From contig OX597831.1 in the NCBI GenBank assembly GCA_951406725.2, positions 30,876,001 to 30,940,000 on the forward strand: a stretch of 64,000 nucleotides of DNA, given 5' to 3'. The notes beneath the pieces are model-generated. The model worked only from the letters and a program-made list of their open reading frames with translations, was not told the DNA's origin and ran no database searches. The position numbers were made by a program, and so were the translations under genes. This DNA comes from Octopus vulgaris. Taxonomy: Eukaryota. This document shows positions 40,114 to 53,259 of the stretch, piece after piece (the stretch's first letter is position 1; the number at the start of each line of letters is the position of its first letter).

Positions 40114-40514
40114 GTGGAGGCGCAATGGCCCAGTGGTTAGGGCAGCGGACTCACGGTCGTAGGATCGCGGTTTCGATTCCCAGACCGGGCATTGTGAGTG
40201 TTTATTGAGCGAAAACACCTAAAGCTTCACGAGGCTCCTGCAGGGGGTGGTGGTGAACCCTGCTGTACTCTTTTACCACAACTTTCTCTCACTCTTTCTT
40301 CTTCCTGTTTCTGTTGTACCTGTATTTCAAAGGGCTAGCCTTGTCACACTCTGTGTCACGCTGAATCTCCTCGAGAACTACGTTAAGGGTACACGTGTCT
40401 GTGGAGTGCTCAGCCACTTGCACGTTAATTCCACGAGCAAGCTGTTCCGTTGATCGTATCAGCTGGGACCCTCATCGTCGTAACCGACGGATGCTCCCCC
40501 TCAAAAAAACAAAA
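40114..40514 (+). mobile_element. SINE family C, full length, 12-bp TSD
   Basis: A-box tggcccagtgg, B-box-like gtttcgattcc and an A-rich tail; TSD acaattctYtct at 40102-40113 and 40515-40526. Confidence 0.9.
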
Positions 40515-40875
40515 ACAATTCTCTCTAGAAAGAATAAATTTCTAAAACGAATAGAGAAGTTCGATTGATTGCTTTGGACTAATGGTGGAACGCTTGTCAT
40601 TTATAGGCGATGTAAATTCGAGTCTCACAGGCAGCCTTTGATTCTTTCTATCCAAGGGTTTATTACACCAATAATTACATGTTGCTAATCTGCTACGAGA
40701 TGCTCCATTCAAAGAAGATGCCCGTTCTCTTGAAGTTTGTAAATTCTTCAAACGTAGATATATTTTTGCTGATGTATGCGTCCTCGTCTTGTGCACGTGA
40801 GTTCTTCGAGTCACCACCACAACATTCTCTTTAGTAAGAGGGGAAGACTGTACTATTGACATGTATATATTATAT

Positions 40876-41472
40876 CTATTTCTTTACTACCCACAAGGGG
40901 CTAAACATACAGAGGGGACAAACAAGGACAGACACACGGATTAAGTCGATTACATCGACCCAGTGAGTAACTGGTACTTAATCTATCGAGCCCGAAAGGA
41001 TGAAGGGTAAAGCCGACCTCGGCGGAATTTGAACTCAGAACATAAAAGCAGACGAAATACCTATTTCTTTACTACCCACAAGAGGCTAAACACAGAGGGG
41101 ACAAACAAGGACAGACAAACGGATTAAGTCGATTACATCGACCCAGTGAGTAACTGGTACTTAATCTATCGACCCCGAAAGGACCAAGGGTAAAGTCGAC
41201 CTCGGCGGAATTTGAACTCAGAACATAACAGCAGACGAAATACCTATTTCTTTACTACCCACAAGGGAGCTAAACACAGAGGGGACAAACAAGGACAGAC
41301 AAATGGATTAAGTCGATTACATCGACCCCAGTGCGTAGCTGGTACTTAATTTATCGACCCCGAAAGGATGAAAGGCAAAGTCGACCTCGGCGGAATTTGA
41401 ACTCAGAACGTAACGTCAGACGAAATACGGCTACGCATTTCGCCCGGCGTGCTAACGATTCTGCCAGCTCAC
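40876..41472 (-). mobile_element. SINE family A tandem trimer
   Basis: One head plus three ~185-bp bodies, joined at gacgaaatacctatttctttac. Confidence 0.9.
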
Positions 41473-41951
41473 CAAATACTAACTGCATTGTACATGTGTC
41501 CGTTAAAATTAATATACTGTTATTAAACAAATATATTAAAACATTGCGTAGTTATATGTTGAAAATACACGACAAATATTTTGAGCAGATAATTGACATT
41601 GTGAACACGCACATTTATAACAATTCGCACATTTCTATTTCATAAATAGCATCTTTATTCTGCTAATTGTGAGTGCTTGTGTGTATAGATATATATCTTA
41701 TATTTATTTATATGGTAACATCAGATTTGCAAGCCAGAGAAACTGTGAACTGATGGCGAGCCATGTTCCCACTCATATATTATTGTGGGCATGCACAGAG
41801 ATTTACATTGTATGCAAATTTTGTCTCTCTTTGCAATATATGTGCGTACCCATGCAAATACTCAACGCACACAATTTTGCAGTGAAAAATATCTGATTTC
41901 ATCTTGAAAAGCTTGTGTGCGCACATTTTTTTCTTTCCTGATTATATAAAA

Positions 41952-42247
41952 CTAGCAGTATCGCCCGGCGTTGCTCGGGTTTGTAAGGGAAATAACTATA
42001 TAAGCATTTTTAGAGAGTTATAGCCAAAAAATAGCAAAAAAATGCATTAAAAATGGAAAAAAAATTATGGTAATTTTTTTTTAAATCGTAGACTCATCGT
42101 AGACACGCACTAATATCCAGAAGGGCTCGATATGAATCACGACTATAAGATACCCGCTTTTGGTTAAACTGCACCGCAAAATGTGGGAGTAGTTAGGAAT
42201 CTAAATCGTAGGAGACAGACACACAACCTTACTTTTATATATAAAGA
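41952..42247 (-). mobile_element. Non-autonomous Helitron family H1, shorter copy
   Basis: 5'-TC...hairpin-CTAG-3' between host A and T; lacks the middle of 20945-21461. Confidence 0.8.
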
Positions 42248-42460
42248 TATTTGTGCACGCGCACAAGTGCACAATTTAAATGGAACAATACTGGCGGGTC
42301 AAATCATAGATTCAAATTGGAAAGACCTCAAATTATTATTGCTAGAAACTAGGATACTCTAATGCATATACAATGCTACCAAGCCGGCAGTCAACAATTA
42401 ACGTCAGTCACATCTGAAAAAAAGTAACATTCCCGACGGATTGTGCTGTTTATCCCTCGA

Positions 42461-42690
42461 GAAGGCGGCGAGCTGGCTGAAACGTTAGCACGCCGGGCGA
42501 AATGCGTAGCCGTATTTCGTCTTCTGAGTTCAAATTCCGCCGAGGTCGACTTTGCCTGTCATCCTTTCGGGGTCGATAAATCAAGTGCGAGTTAAGCACT
42601 GGGGTCAATTTAATCGACTTAATCCCTTTATCTGTCCTTGTTTGTCCCCTCTATGTTTAGCCCCTTGTGGGCAGTAAAGAAATATATATA
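42461..42690 (+). mobile_element. SINE family A with 12-bp TSD
   Basis: TSD tttatccctcga at 42449-42460 and 42691-42702. Confidence 0.9.
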
Positions 42691-43396
42691 TTTATCCCTC
42701 GAATTCCAAACATTTCCACGGACACATTTCAATATAAAATATGCCACAGTTCCCTACAGTTTACATGCCGTGTCCCTCAACAAATCCCAGAGACAAACAT
42801 TAAAAGTGACTGAATTTTTCAAGTGAGAATTCTTAATCCACCGAAAGATCAATTATATATTACGGTATCACGTATCTTACCACAGCCGCTACTCCAATGT
42901 ATATGCACTACAAGGGAAAACGAAGAAGAATGTAAATCACAATATACGTTGTTTTGCAGTTTACCATTCCGTCTGCGGAATCATCGCTATCTATGCCATT
43001 ATATATATTTTGTTGCGACAGACGAAGCTACATCTAATTCCGACTCCTCTCCTCCCATTGTCTACCTTGTAGCTCTCAAGAATTTATATAAAATGCTCGT
43101 ATGCTTGTGATTTGTATTTCGACCCTGTCTGAAGAATCTTTTCGAGTGATTGAATACTCTCCGCAGTGTTGCTTTTATAAGTTGCATTTATAATGACATC
43201 ATAAATAATCGAATATAGAAGCATTTGTAACAGATGAAATAAAGGAATAACAAAATGATGCTTCGTGCTTTACGCTAATAGCAGACATTTTCTTTGTATT
43301 AGGTTTTAGCCATCGTCGGATCGCATACAACGCTATATGAGATCACGTTGTAGGAGTTAAACGCCATTGCTATTAAGAGCCAGCACATTCATTTCC

Positions 43397-43487
<91 letters not shown>

Positions 43488-43642
43488 GTTGCATGTGTGT
43501 GTGCGTGTGTGTACGGTTACGAAATTAGCTGTAAAAGTATATTAATATACGAAAAATATAAAATAAAAAACAACAAACAATCGCATATGGAATGAAATAT
43601 CCACGGATGGGTTTATAGATAATACATTCATGGACACACACA

Positions 43643-43695
<53 letters not shown>

Positions 43696-43960
43696 TCACA
43701 TACGCCCACTCACATACGTACACAAAACGAGAGTTGTACTGGAAATAACGCCAAAGTGTGTATAACGTCTTTTTACTAACCAACAAATGTCTCTTAAATT
43801 TCCCATGTTAGTAGAATATATTTTCCTTGATAATAACTCTCGTCTTTGTTCTTCTTCTTCATCGCAAGTGAAAAAATAAATTCCGAACCGGAACAACATC
43901 CCACTATTGTGTTCTTGACGATGTCCATAGTAGACTAGTTGTTTACCGAGACGACACCAT

Positions 43961-44260
43961 CGAAAAGTGTAATGATATGCACAGATGAAGGAAGAAGTTT
44001 AAAGAAGTGGGAACCAACATTGAAAACATTGCGTGGGCAAATGAACCATAATCCGCGAGCTTCCTGAACATTTTGTCTGTGGTCACAATGCATTATAGTA
44101 GATTGAATTTCGAAAAGTGTAATGATATGCACAGATGAAGGAAGAAGTTTAAAGATGTGGGAACCAGCATTGAAAACATTGCGTGGGCAAATGAACCATA
44201 ATCCGCGAGCTTCCTGAACATTTTATCTGTGGTCACAATGCATTATAGTAGATTGAATTT
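43961..44260. repeat. Tandem duplication, 2 x 150 bp
   Basis: Units at 43961-44110 and 44111-44260, about three substitutions. Confidence 0.95.
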
Positions 44261-44397
44261 CTCTGACGAGATAAAAATGACTGTAAATAATTGAGTACAG
44301 CAGTGAATTCCTGAAGCTTTTTAAAACAGGATTTACGAGCTGAACTTAACATTGAATCAAGTACATCGGTTGTAATAAATGTTGAGCAGCACCTTCT

Positions 44398-44716
44398 TAT
44401 TTCTTTATTGCTAACAATGGGCTAAACATAGAGGGTACCTCGGCGGCATTTGAACTCAGAACGTAACGGCAGACGAAATACCTATTTCTTTACTACCCAC
44501 AAGGGGCTAAATACAGAGAGGACAAACAAGGACAGACACACGGATTAAGTCGATTACATCGACCCCAGTGCGTAACTGGTTCTTATTTAATCGACCCCGA
44601 AAGGGTGAAAGGCAAAGTCGACCTCGGCGGAATTTGAACTCAGAACGTAACGGCAGACGAAATACGTCTACGCATTTCGCCCGGCGTGCTAACGTTTCTG
44701 CCAGCCCGCCGCCTTA
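44398..44716 (-). mobile_element. SINE family A partial dimer with 16-bp TSD
   Basis: TSD ttgagcagcacYttct at 44382-44397 and 44717-44732. Confidence 0.9.
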
Positions 44717-45109
44717 TTGAGCAGCACTTTCTGTGTACAGAGCCAGAGCAAAAGAACAAATGGAATTTGAATGACTTAGGTCAGTTGATAAAAAAGTAAT
44801 GGCCGTTTTTGCGTTACTTTCGATATAACCCTCATGCACGTACATACATACATACATACATACATACATACATTACACAGATACATACATATTTTAGGTC
44901 AGTTGATAAAAAATTTATGCCGATTTTTTTATTACTTTCGATATAACCCTCATGCAATACATACATACATAAATGCATACGTATATACATACATATATAC
45001 ATACATATATACATTACACAGATACATACATACATTACGCAGATACATATATACGTATATATGCATATGTGTATGTAGATGTGTATATGTTTATACAAAT
45101 TCACACACG

Positions 45110-45150
<41 letters not shown>

Positions 45151-45733
45151 ATACATACATACACACACACACATACACATTTAAACACAAATGTAAGAGG
45201 AAGCAATATAGATAATCCCATAGCGAGCGGGAAGCAAGGGACAGTGAGAGAGAGAGGGTGGGGGAGAGGGAGAGAGAATAACAGACAAAGAGAAAGAGAC
45301 AGACAGAGAGAGAGTGTGGGTGAGGGAGACAAGCTGCGAGAAAGACAGACGGAGAGAAAGAGAAAGCGAAGGAGAGAGAGAGGGAGAGAGAGAGAGACAG
45401 TGGAACAACGAACTATGGTAGAAAAGATGTGAAGTAAACGGAGATGAAGTTTGGAGAATAAGTACATGTGTACTTGAAACGCAGACATCTTCCATTATAG
45501 TGATTCCCTTTAAAGACTCGTAAATATGCAAACAACAGACATACATTGACTTAGATATTCGGAACATACTAGAATATATATATACGTACGCCCGAAGAAA
45601 CACTTGAACACATGGTCCGATTTATATATAATACAAACTTAAACAGCTAAACTAATCTTCAGATAAGTAAATGGTTTAAAGATTGATTGATAGAGATAGA
45701 AATAGAGAGAGAGAGAGAGTGATAAATCGAATA

Positions 45734-45797
<64 letters not shown>

Positions 45798-46104
45798 TGT
45801 TGTGTGTGTGTGTAATTCTAGAAATAAGAGTCGTAAAATACTCAAAGACGCCACCATTTCACTAAAAGTACAACAGGCTGACGAAAATTTATAGATTTGC
45901 CCTTTTGGCCTTAATGCTTGCAGGCCGCTTATATCATTGTTATTATTTATTATTGATAATAATAACAATACTAATATCTTTATTTATTTATTTATTTATG
46001 CATATTTTATACACTGATAGCGTGTGAATTTGGCGCTGGTCGATCGACAATTTTTGCGAGACAAGACGAAGCAAATATTAATTTAACACTTACCTAACAG
46101 CGAG

Positions 46105-46161
46105 ACCTACTGATGAAAGCTAAGAGAAATATCTCAATGTTCGAAATCATGTGATATAGGT
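46105..46161 (+). ncRNA. Type I hammerhead ribozyme with canonical core
   Basis: ACCTA-CTGATGA-[AAGC..GAGA-AATA-TCTC..GTTC]-GAA-ATCA-TG-TGAT-A-TAGGT. Stems I and III are perfect; the base of stem II is imperfect. Confidence 0.72.
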
Positions 46162-46411
46162 GTATCTGTGATCTTCATTTGCGATTTTTCGATTTTCGTC
46201 AGCCTGTTGTATTTTCAGTGAAATGGTGGCTTCTTTGAGTATTTTTCGAATCTTATTTCGAGCAACGCTAGTACTCCGTGTACAATCAATTACAATTAAT
46301 AATTAATTATGAATTTATGAATTTGCCTTTTTGGCTTTAATGCTTGATGGGCACTTATATTATTGTTGTTTATTATGAATTTATAATAATGCCTTTATTT
46401 GTATATATACT

Positions 46412-46830
46412 TCAGCATGGCCGCAGTCAAATGACTGAAACAAGTAAAAGAATAAAGAGCATATCTGTGTGGTAAGATGCGTGCTTTCCCAACCACATGG
46501 ATCCGGGTTCAGTCCAACTGCGTGGCACATTCGGGCCGACCGAAGCCTTGTGAGTAGATTTGGTAGACAGAAACTGAAAGAAGCCCGTCGTATATTTATA
46601 AATATATATGCATATTTGTGTGTTTGTGTTTGTCTACTCACCATCGCTTGACGACCAATGTTGGTGTGTTTATGTTCCCGTAACTTAGCGGTTCGGCAGA
46701 AGGACAGATAGAATAAGTACTAGATCTACGAAGAATACGTCCTAAAGTCGATTCGTTCCACTGAAGGCGGTGCTCCAGTATGCCCGCAGTCAAATGACAT
46801 AAGCAAGTAAAAGACTAACAGAATAAAAGA
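46412..46830 (+). mobile_element. SINE family B (tail fragment plus internally deleted copy)
   Basis: Matches the consensus. Confidence 0.75.
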
Positions 46831-46856
46831 AAACATACATACATACATACATACAT

Positions 46857-46891
<35 letters not shown>

Positions 46892-47399
46892 TAAATATAT
46901 ATATATATATATATACACAAAGACAAACAAATAAATACATAGATAAATAATTAGATGCATACATATATAGATACAAACAGTGAGGGAGAGAGAAAGAAAG
47001 ATAAAGAGAAGAGTATGTATATATGAATGTATGTAAACATGAATGAATGTATGTATGTATGTATGTATGTATGTATGTATGTATGTATGTATGTATGTAT
47101 GTATGTGTGTATGCATGCAGGTAGGTAGGTAGGTAGGTAGGTAGGTAGGTAGGTAGTAAATGGGGAATGAGTCAAATAAACAGAAATAGTTAATGGCTGA
47201 CACACAGAAAGGATTACTTCAGCAACAGAATTTACAATAAAGATTATTGTTACTCGCATTAATACATGCGCGTGACCACCATTGCTCTGTCTTACTATTT
47301 CGATATATGTATATATGTATCAGTGTACGCGCGTGCGTGTGCGTGAGCTACACATGTATTGTAAGTGACTCAGCTTCTGGTACTATAGAAATATAGGCT

Positions 47400-47465
<66 letters not shown>

Positions 47466-47466
47466 T

Positions 47467-47658
47467 AATCCAAACAAGAAAGCATAAAAAACACAACAAC
47501 GCGAGGACGTGAAACAAATATAGTATTATTGGACGCTCAGGAAAGAAGGAGGGTTTAACGTTTCGAGCGGAGCTCTTCGTCGGAAACATAGGAGAAGGAA
47601 AGATCCAGAGAAGGGAAGACAGAGGAAAAAAAATCACCAACGGTACAAACGCGGTCAC

Positions 47659-47660
<2 letters not shown>
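47467..47660 (-). mobile_element. Family P1 pLTR-like copy between (TA)n and (TG)n
   Basis: Hammerhead-like GTTT-CCGACGA-A-GAGC-TCC-GCTC-GAAACGTT-AAAC at 47553-47587 (minus). Confidence 0.7.
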
Positions 47661-47689
<29 letters not shown>

Positions 47690-47720
47690 ATTGTGTTTGT
47701 GAGTATGTGTGTTTGTGTGT

Positions 47721-48091
47721 GTGGAGGTGCAGAGGCCTAGAGGTTAGGGCAGCGGACTCGCGGTCATGGAACCGCACCTTCTATTCCCTGACTGGGCGTT
47801 GTGAGTGTGTATTGAGCGAAAGCACCTAAAAGCTCCAAGAGGCTCCGGCAGGGTGGGGCGAACCCTGCTGTATTCTTTCATCACAACTTTCTCTCACTCT
47901 TTCTTCCTATTTCTGTTGCACCTGTATTTCAGAGGGCCGGCCTTATCACACTCTTTGTCACGCTGAATCTCCCCGATTAAGGATACACGTGTCTGTGGTG
48001 TGCTCAGCCACTTGCACGTTAATTTCACGAGCAGGCTATTCCGTTGATCGGATCAACTGGAACCCTCGCCGTCATAACCGACGGAGTGCCA

Positions 48092-48092
<1 letters not shown>
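47721..48092 (+). mobile_element. SINE family C, full length, diverged
   Basis: Aligns to 40114-40495. Confidence 0.85.
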
Positions 48093-48124
<32 letters not shown>

Positions 48125-48182
48125 AGCATACATCCATACATGCATATGCACGCAACCATATCCAGCCACCCATCCGTTTACA

Positions 48183-49210
48183 TACACACGCATGACAAAA
48201 GTATATAGACATCACATAAATCATCGTTTTATGTTTATTCTATCTTGTAAAGGTTTATATTTTTTATTAATTGACATGTTTATGCTTCAGATTCTATATG
48301 TGACTGTTTAATCATGCCATGTACAAAAGAAGCCTTGAAACCGTTTGAATTTCAAAGAGGCCATATTGTGGGTTATTCAGAAGGTGTACATAGCGTAAAA
48401 TCTCAGAAATACTTGAGATCTTGCTTTCTATAGTTACTAGAGTGATTGCGCAATTTACCAGATTGGCGATGGAGTCCACAGATCAGCCACACCGTCTGAC
48501 AGGACCGTTCCCTTTGTTAAGAGAAGTATGGGCGATAATCCTCATTGCAAGGCCTCTGACATAGCAGAATATGTTGATATCGGTCCGAGAACAGCTGCCA
48601 GGTATCTTCACAAACTTGGTTACTATGGCAGAGCAGCAAGAAGGAAGCCACTTCTTCGGTCAGCCAACATCAATTGAGATGATGGAGAGGCCACTAGCAT
48701 TTTGGAACACTGTCATATTATCTGTTGAGTCCAAATTTGATGTATTTTCTGACAGTGGTCGAGTATGGGTTCGGAGACTGTGATCAACAATTTGAATTGA
48801 AAAGTTTGCAGCCAACGATGCAACACAGCAGCTATCCTGTGGTGGTCTGGGAAGCAATTTGGAACAATGGTTGATCAGAACTAGTGGAGTGTGAGGGAAA
48901 CATAAACTCAGATAAATATGTGTCCATAGTGCAGAAAGTACTCCTAATCATCTCCAGTGGTGAAATGATTACAGAAGGCTCTTTATTTATGGAAGATGGG
49001 ACTCCTTTCACACGACTAAAATGACCCAATAATTGTTGGATGAGAATGACATTAAAAAGCTTCCATGACCAAGCCAGTCACCAGATATGAACACTGTTGA
49101 AGAACATCATAATAGACAGGACCCTTCACAGGCAGATCTTTTCAGATTACTGCATAAAACTTGGCGAGAAATTCCGCAAGACAATATTCGTCATCTGCTC
49201 TGTTACATGC
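48183..49210 (+). mobile_element. Decayed Tc1-family transposon
   Basis: TIR-like start tacacacgcatgacaaaagtatatagac; EFQRGHIVG, AARRKP, SVESKF (SDESKF), [18 protein letters not shown]. Right end uncertain. Confidence 0.8.
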
Positions 49211-49337
49211 CTACTATAAAAAATGTGCATATATACACACATACATTTTTATCCATCAGCTATCCTTATCTATATGTGTGTGTGTACATGTACAAGTGCG
49301 CGACCCACACACTCAAAACACATATATTCATGCATAC

Positions 49338-49392
<55 letters not shown>

Positions 49393-49401
49393 GTATGTGT
49401 G

Positions 49402-49451
<50 letters not shown>

Positions 49452-50553
49452 CAGATGTATATACACATACAAATGTACTCACACACATACGCACACATGT
49501 ATATACGGTCGCATGTTCCACTAATGTGAGGTAAGCACTGCACACCGTACTCCAACGAGCGTTAATTTATCCTGCGTCGCTGAATCAATAAAATAAACAC
49601 GGATCATAATGAGAAATTAATTTTTCTGCGCCTTTTTCATGAAATGATGTGGAGAGCACTCTCATTCAGCAATGCTCGTACAAGAGATAGTTGAATTAGG
49701 AAATAATAATCTAGCCATAATTTAGTTTCAAATCTAATAATCCATTCTCAGAAGTAAAGATTGTAAGGCTGAAGTTATCATAGAAATTGTGTAAACTTAG
49801 TATGTGTATTTTTGAATAATAGCTTTAACACGCAAGTACAGCGTACATTCTGTTTTGATAACCACCATTCTATATTGAAATCTATATAATTATACGAATC
49901 CATATATGTACACACACAGTCACATATACATACATATACATACATATATAGAACAATCTTACTTAGAAATGGATGCGTGCGTGCCGTCATATAATAAATT
50001 AATAAATAAAACATATGCATATATACATACATATATGTACGTACCTACCTCTACATGTATATATACACGCATATATGGGTACAGGACACCAAAAAAACGC
50101 CGAACACAATGAGAAACGAAAACATAAACACAAAACCAAGGAACTGGACATTTTTCTTAAACAACGAAAAAATAGAGTACAGGACAAATAACACAAGGAA
50201 AATTCCCCTTCTTCAGTCGCCATGGTTTCATCTACTCTGTGTTTCGAAGGTGAAGGCGATACGCATCTTCGATAGAAACTTTCCTTCCCGCGAAAAGCAA
50301 ATTAAAGGAGCAACAGAAATGCCGTCCACACTTCAAGGAAGTCAGGCCAGAAAGACAGTAGCAGAGCTCTCGTCGCAGGTCAACGACGGGAGGGAGGAGG
50401 AGGAGCAAGAGAAAGGGAGAGAGAAAAAGGGAATGGTTGTGAGGAAACCAGAAAGAATGAAGGTTGAGAAAGGGAGGGGACAGAAAGGTCAAGAGTGCGC
50501 ATCATTATTAATATCAAGAACAATCTTACTTAGAAATGGATGCGTGCGTTCCG

Positions 50554-50600
<47 letters not shown>

Positions 50601-50607
<7 letters not shown>

Positions 50608-50715
50608 ATCACGTGACCGACCAGACCATCAGATGTTGTTACACATCGCTGCTCACCATGCGTTCGCATTGTTTTAGCCTTTGAATGACGCCACCCCGCT
50701 GGCTAAGCGAGCAGG

Positions 50716-50719
<4 letters not shown>
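50601..50719 (-). mobile_element. ~120-bp element embedded in (TA)n
   Basis: Near-identical reverse complement at 53260-53379; strand label is arbitrary/inferred. Confidence 0.75.
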
Positions 50720-50780
<61 letters not shown>

Positions 50781-50827
50781 GTATGCATATATGTATATAT
50801 ATATGTCTATATACATGCATTCATACA

Positions 50828-50879
<52 letters not shown>

Positions 50880-51216
50880 CTTACCTAAATTTATCTGCGT
50901 GTTATGTATGCGTAAAGTCATCTTTATATTCATGCCTTAGCTATTATGTAATGTACATTTCACAATGCGCATGACTAAATTGTTATCATCCAAGACTATA
51001 GAAAGGATGATTGATTGGTCACTTGCACGTAGTTGAAACAATTGTAAAATAATAGATGTAATGCCATAGAATCATAGAACAAATATAGTACCATTCTTCA
51101 CAAATTCCATGTACACACACATATATATATATATTATTATATATTATTACATCAGCCTGACGAAGTGATATGAATCTCTGAGTAACAGTTTGTGGAGTTT
51201 TTCGCCTTGAATAAAG

Positions 51217-51271
<55 letters not shown>

Positions 51272-51324
51272 TGTTTGTGTGCGTGTGGGAGTGTGTGTGT
51301 ATGTGTGTATGTGTGTGTGAGTAT

Positions 51325-51584
51325 TCATTTATTCTTTTACTCTTTTACTTGTCTCAGTCATTTGATTGACTGCGGCTATACCGGAGCACCATCTTGAAGG
51401 GTTTCAGTGGAGCATGTGGCCCCCCAGGACTTATTTTTAAGCCTAGTACTTATTCTATAGACCACCCTTTTTGCCGAACCGCTATGTTACAGGGACGTAA
51501 ACACACCAATACCGGTTTTTGAATGGTGATGTGTGTACAAACAGACACAAACATACAGACACACATACATACATAATACTTGTA

Positions 51585-51616
<32 letters not shown>

Positions 51617-51725
51617 CGAAGGGCTTCTTTCAGTTTCCGCCTATCAATCCACTCACAAGGCTGTGGTCGACCTGAGACTATATCAGAAGATACCCAAGGT
51701 GCCACGTAGAGAGACTGAATCTGGA

Positions 51726-51730
<5 letters not shown>
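51325..51730 (-). mobile_element. SINE family B, diverged
   Basis: Matches the consensus. Confidence 0.75.
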
Positions 51731-51768
<38 letters not shown>

Positions 51769-53022
51769 GCATACATACACACATACACACACACACATAT
51801 AGTAAGAACTTACTGTGGACAAGGCCGTGGACACATTTAATACAGGACATCACCAACGAGCGGAAAATACGTAAACACACGAGAGATAAGTACAGGACAA
51901 AATCATCCCGCCCCACAAAATACACAATAATTACAGGACATCATCAACGAGTGAAAAATACGTAAACACACGTGAATTGAGTACAGGACAAAATACGAAA
52001 CAAAGTCCAGCCCCTCTTCTGCTGTATTATGAAGTTCTCTTATCTTGTCGCACGAAATAGGGAGTAATAAAACAGTCGACAACTGAAGAGGGGTTGGACT
52101 TCATTTGGTATTTTGTCCTTTACTCATCTCTCGTGTGTTTACGTATCCACCACGGCTGGTCTTACCAAGCGGCTTCGCGTAAAGTATGCCATGGAATGTT
52201 ATGTAATAATCCGGTTATATAATTTTGCACTCATCAGAGATAGCCGATACGGAAGGGAATATGGTAACTGCTCTCTATTGTTGGAAGCGGGTCAGCCCAA
52301 TCGGTCAGTGGCTACAGTAACAAAAGTGGCGAAACGAAAAAGGGTCCAGCAGTTTGGGTTAGCAGTTATGTCCCTTGGCTGGGTATGCTGTGAAGCAGGC
52401 AAGAGTTAACTTGAAGTGAGGAAAGTGTGTATTATTAACGTGGTATCCCTGCGGGTTGTGTGATATGGGGTTTGTGGTATGTGTAGCAGTGTTATATGTA
52501 TAATTTTTCCCTGGGGTTATAGGTATATATAGTTGTGTTTGTTGGTCTGTTTATTTTCTGTAAAGGATAAATTCGTAGGGTTTTTATATTAGCGTGCGGT
52601 GTGTAATGTGTAATGTGTGTGTGTGTGAGGAGGTACAATTTGCATGAAGTGGTATGTTTTGGGTGTGACGGGGGATAGGGGTCTACGTGTGTGTACATGG
52701 GTACATAGGTGTGTGTTTTAGTCAAACTCTTTTTGCCGGTCTCAAGCTCATTGGTAGAAAGTCGTTTGCGGAAGGTCGAGGCAGGGAACCTGTGGTTGCA
52801 ATAATGATAGAGCGCACAGGTACAATAGAATGTTCTGTTTAAATAAGAAGACAGTCCAGAAGTGTTGCAGAATATTCCAAAGTCGTCTGGAGACTGTGCA
52901 TGAAACCAATGGCGATTTTATTGAATAAGTTTACTCTTTGGTATATTTATCTGTTAAAATGAGATGTCAGTATTATTTCCATTTTTGCATAATTTAGACG
53001 ACAATTTATTCACCGCACCCTG

Positions 53023-53094
<72 letters not shown>

Positions 53095-53173
53095 TGTGTG
53101 TGTCTTTTGTATAATGCATATATATATATATATACATATATACATAATGCATATATATATATATATATATATG

Positions 53174-53231
<58 letters not shown>

Positions 53232-53259
53232 TGTATGTATATATATATACATATATATA

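Noticed and set aside
40114-40190. tRNA gene
   Set aside because: A/B boxes are present but continue into a SINE body with a TSD; same for 27122 and 47721.
40876-41472. CRISPR-like array or back-splice junction (AG|GT)
   Set aside because: Units are whole SINE bodies without unique spacers, and no AG acceptor directly precedes the junction position in the head.
43125-43170. CTGAAGA-ATC..GAT-TGAATAC hammerhead-like string
   Set aside because: No GAAA or convincing stems I/III; similar isolated CTGANGA at 3209, 4543 and 44263 were also dismissed.
44776-44956. Mariner TIR-like ~60-bp direct repeat (ttaggtcagttgataaaaaagtaatggccgttttt)
   Set aside because: No inverted partner or transposase; too short to call.
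50055-50684. 209-aa ORF
   Set aside because: Runs across repeat fragments and microsatellites; no recognisable motif.
52940-53024. Tc1/mariner-like terminus caccctgta
   Set aside because: Only a 9-bp motif, and no matching left end was found.
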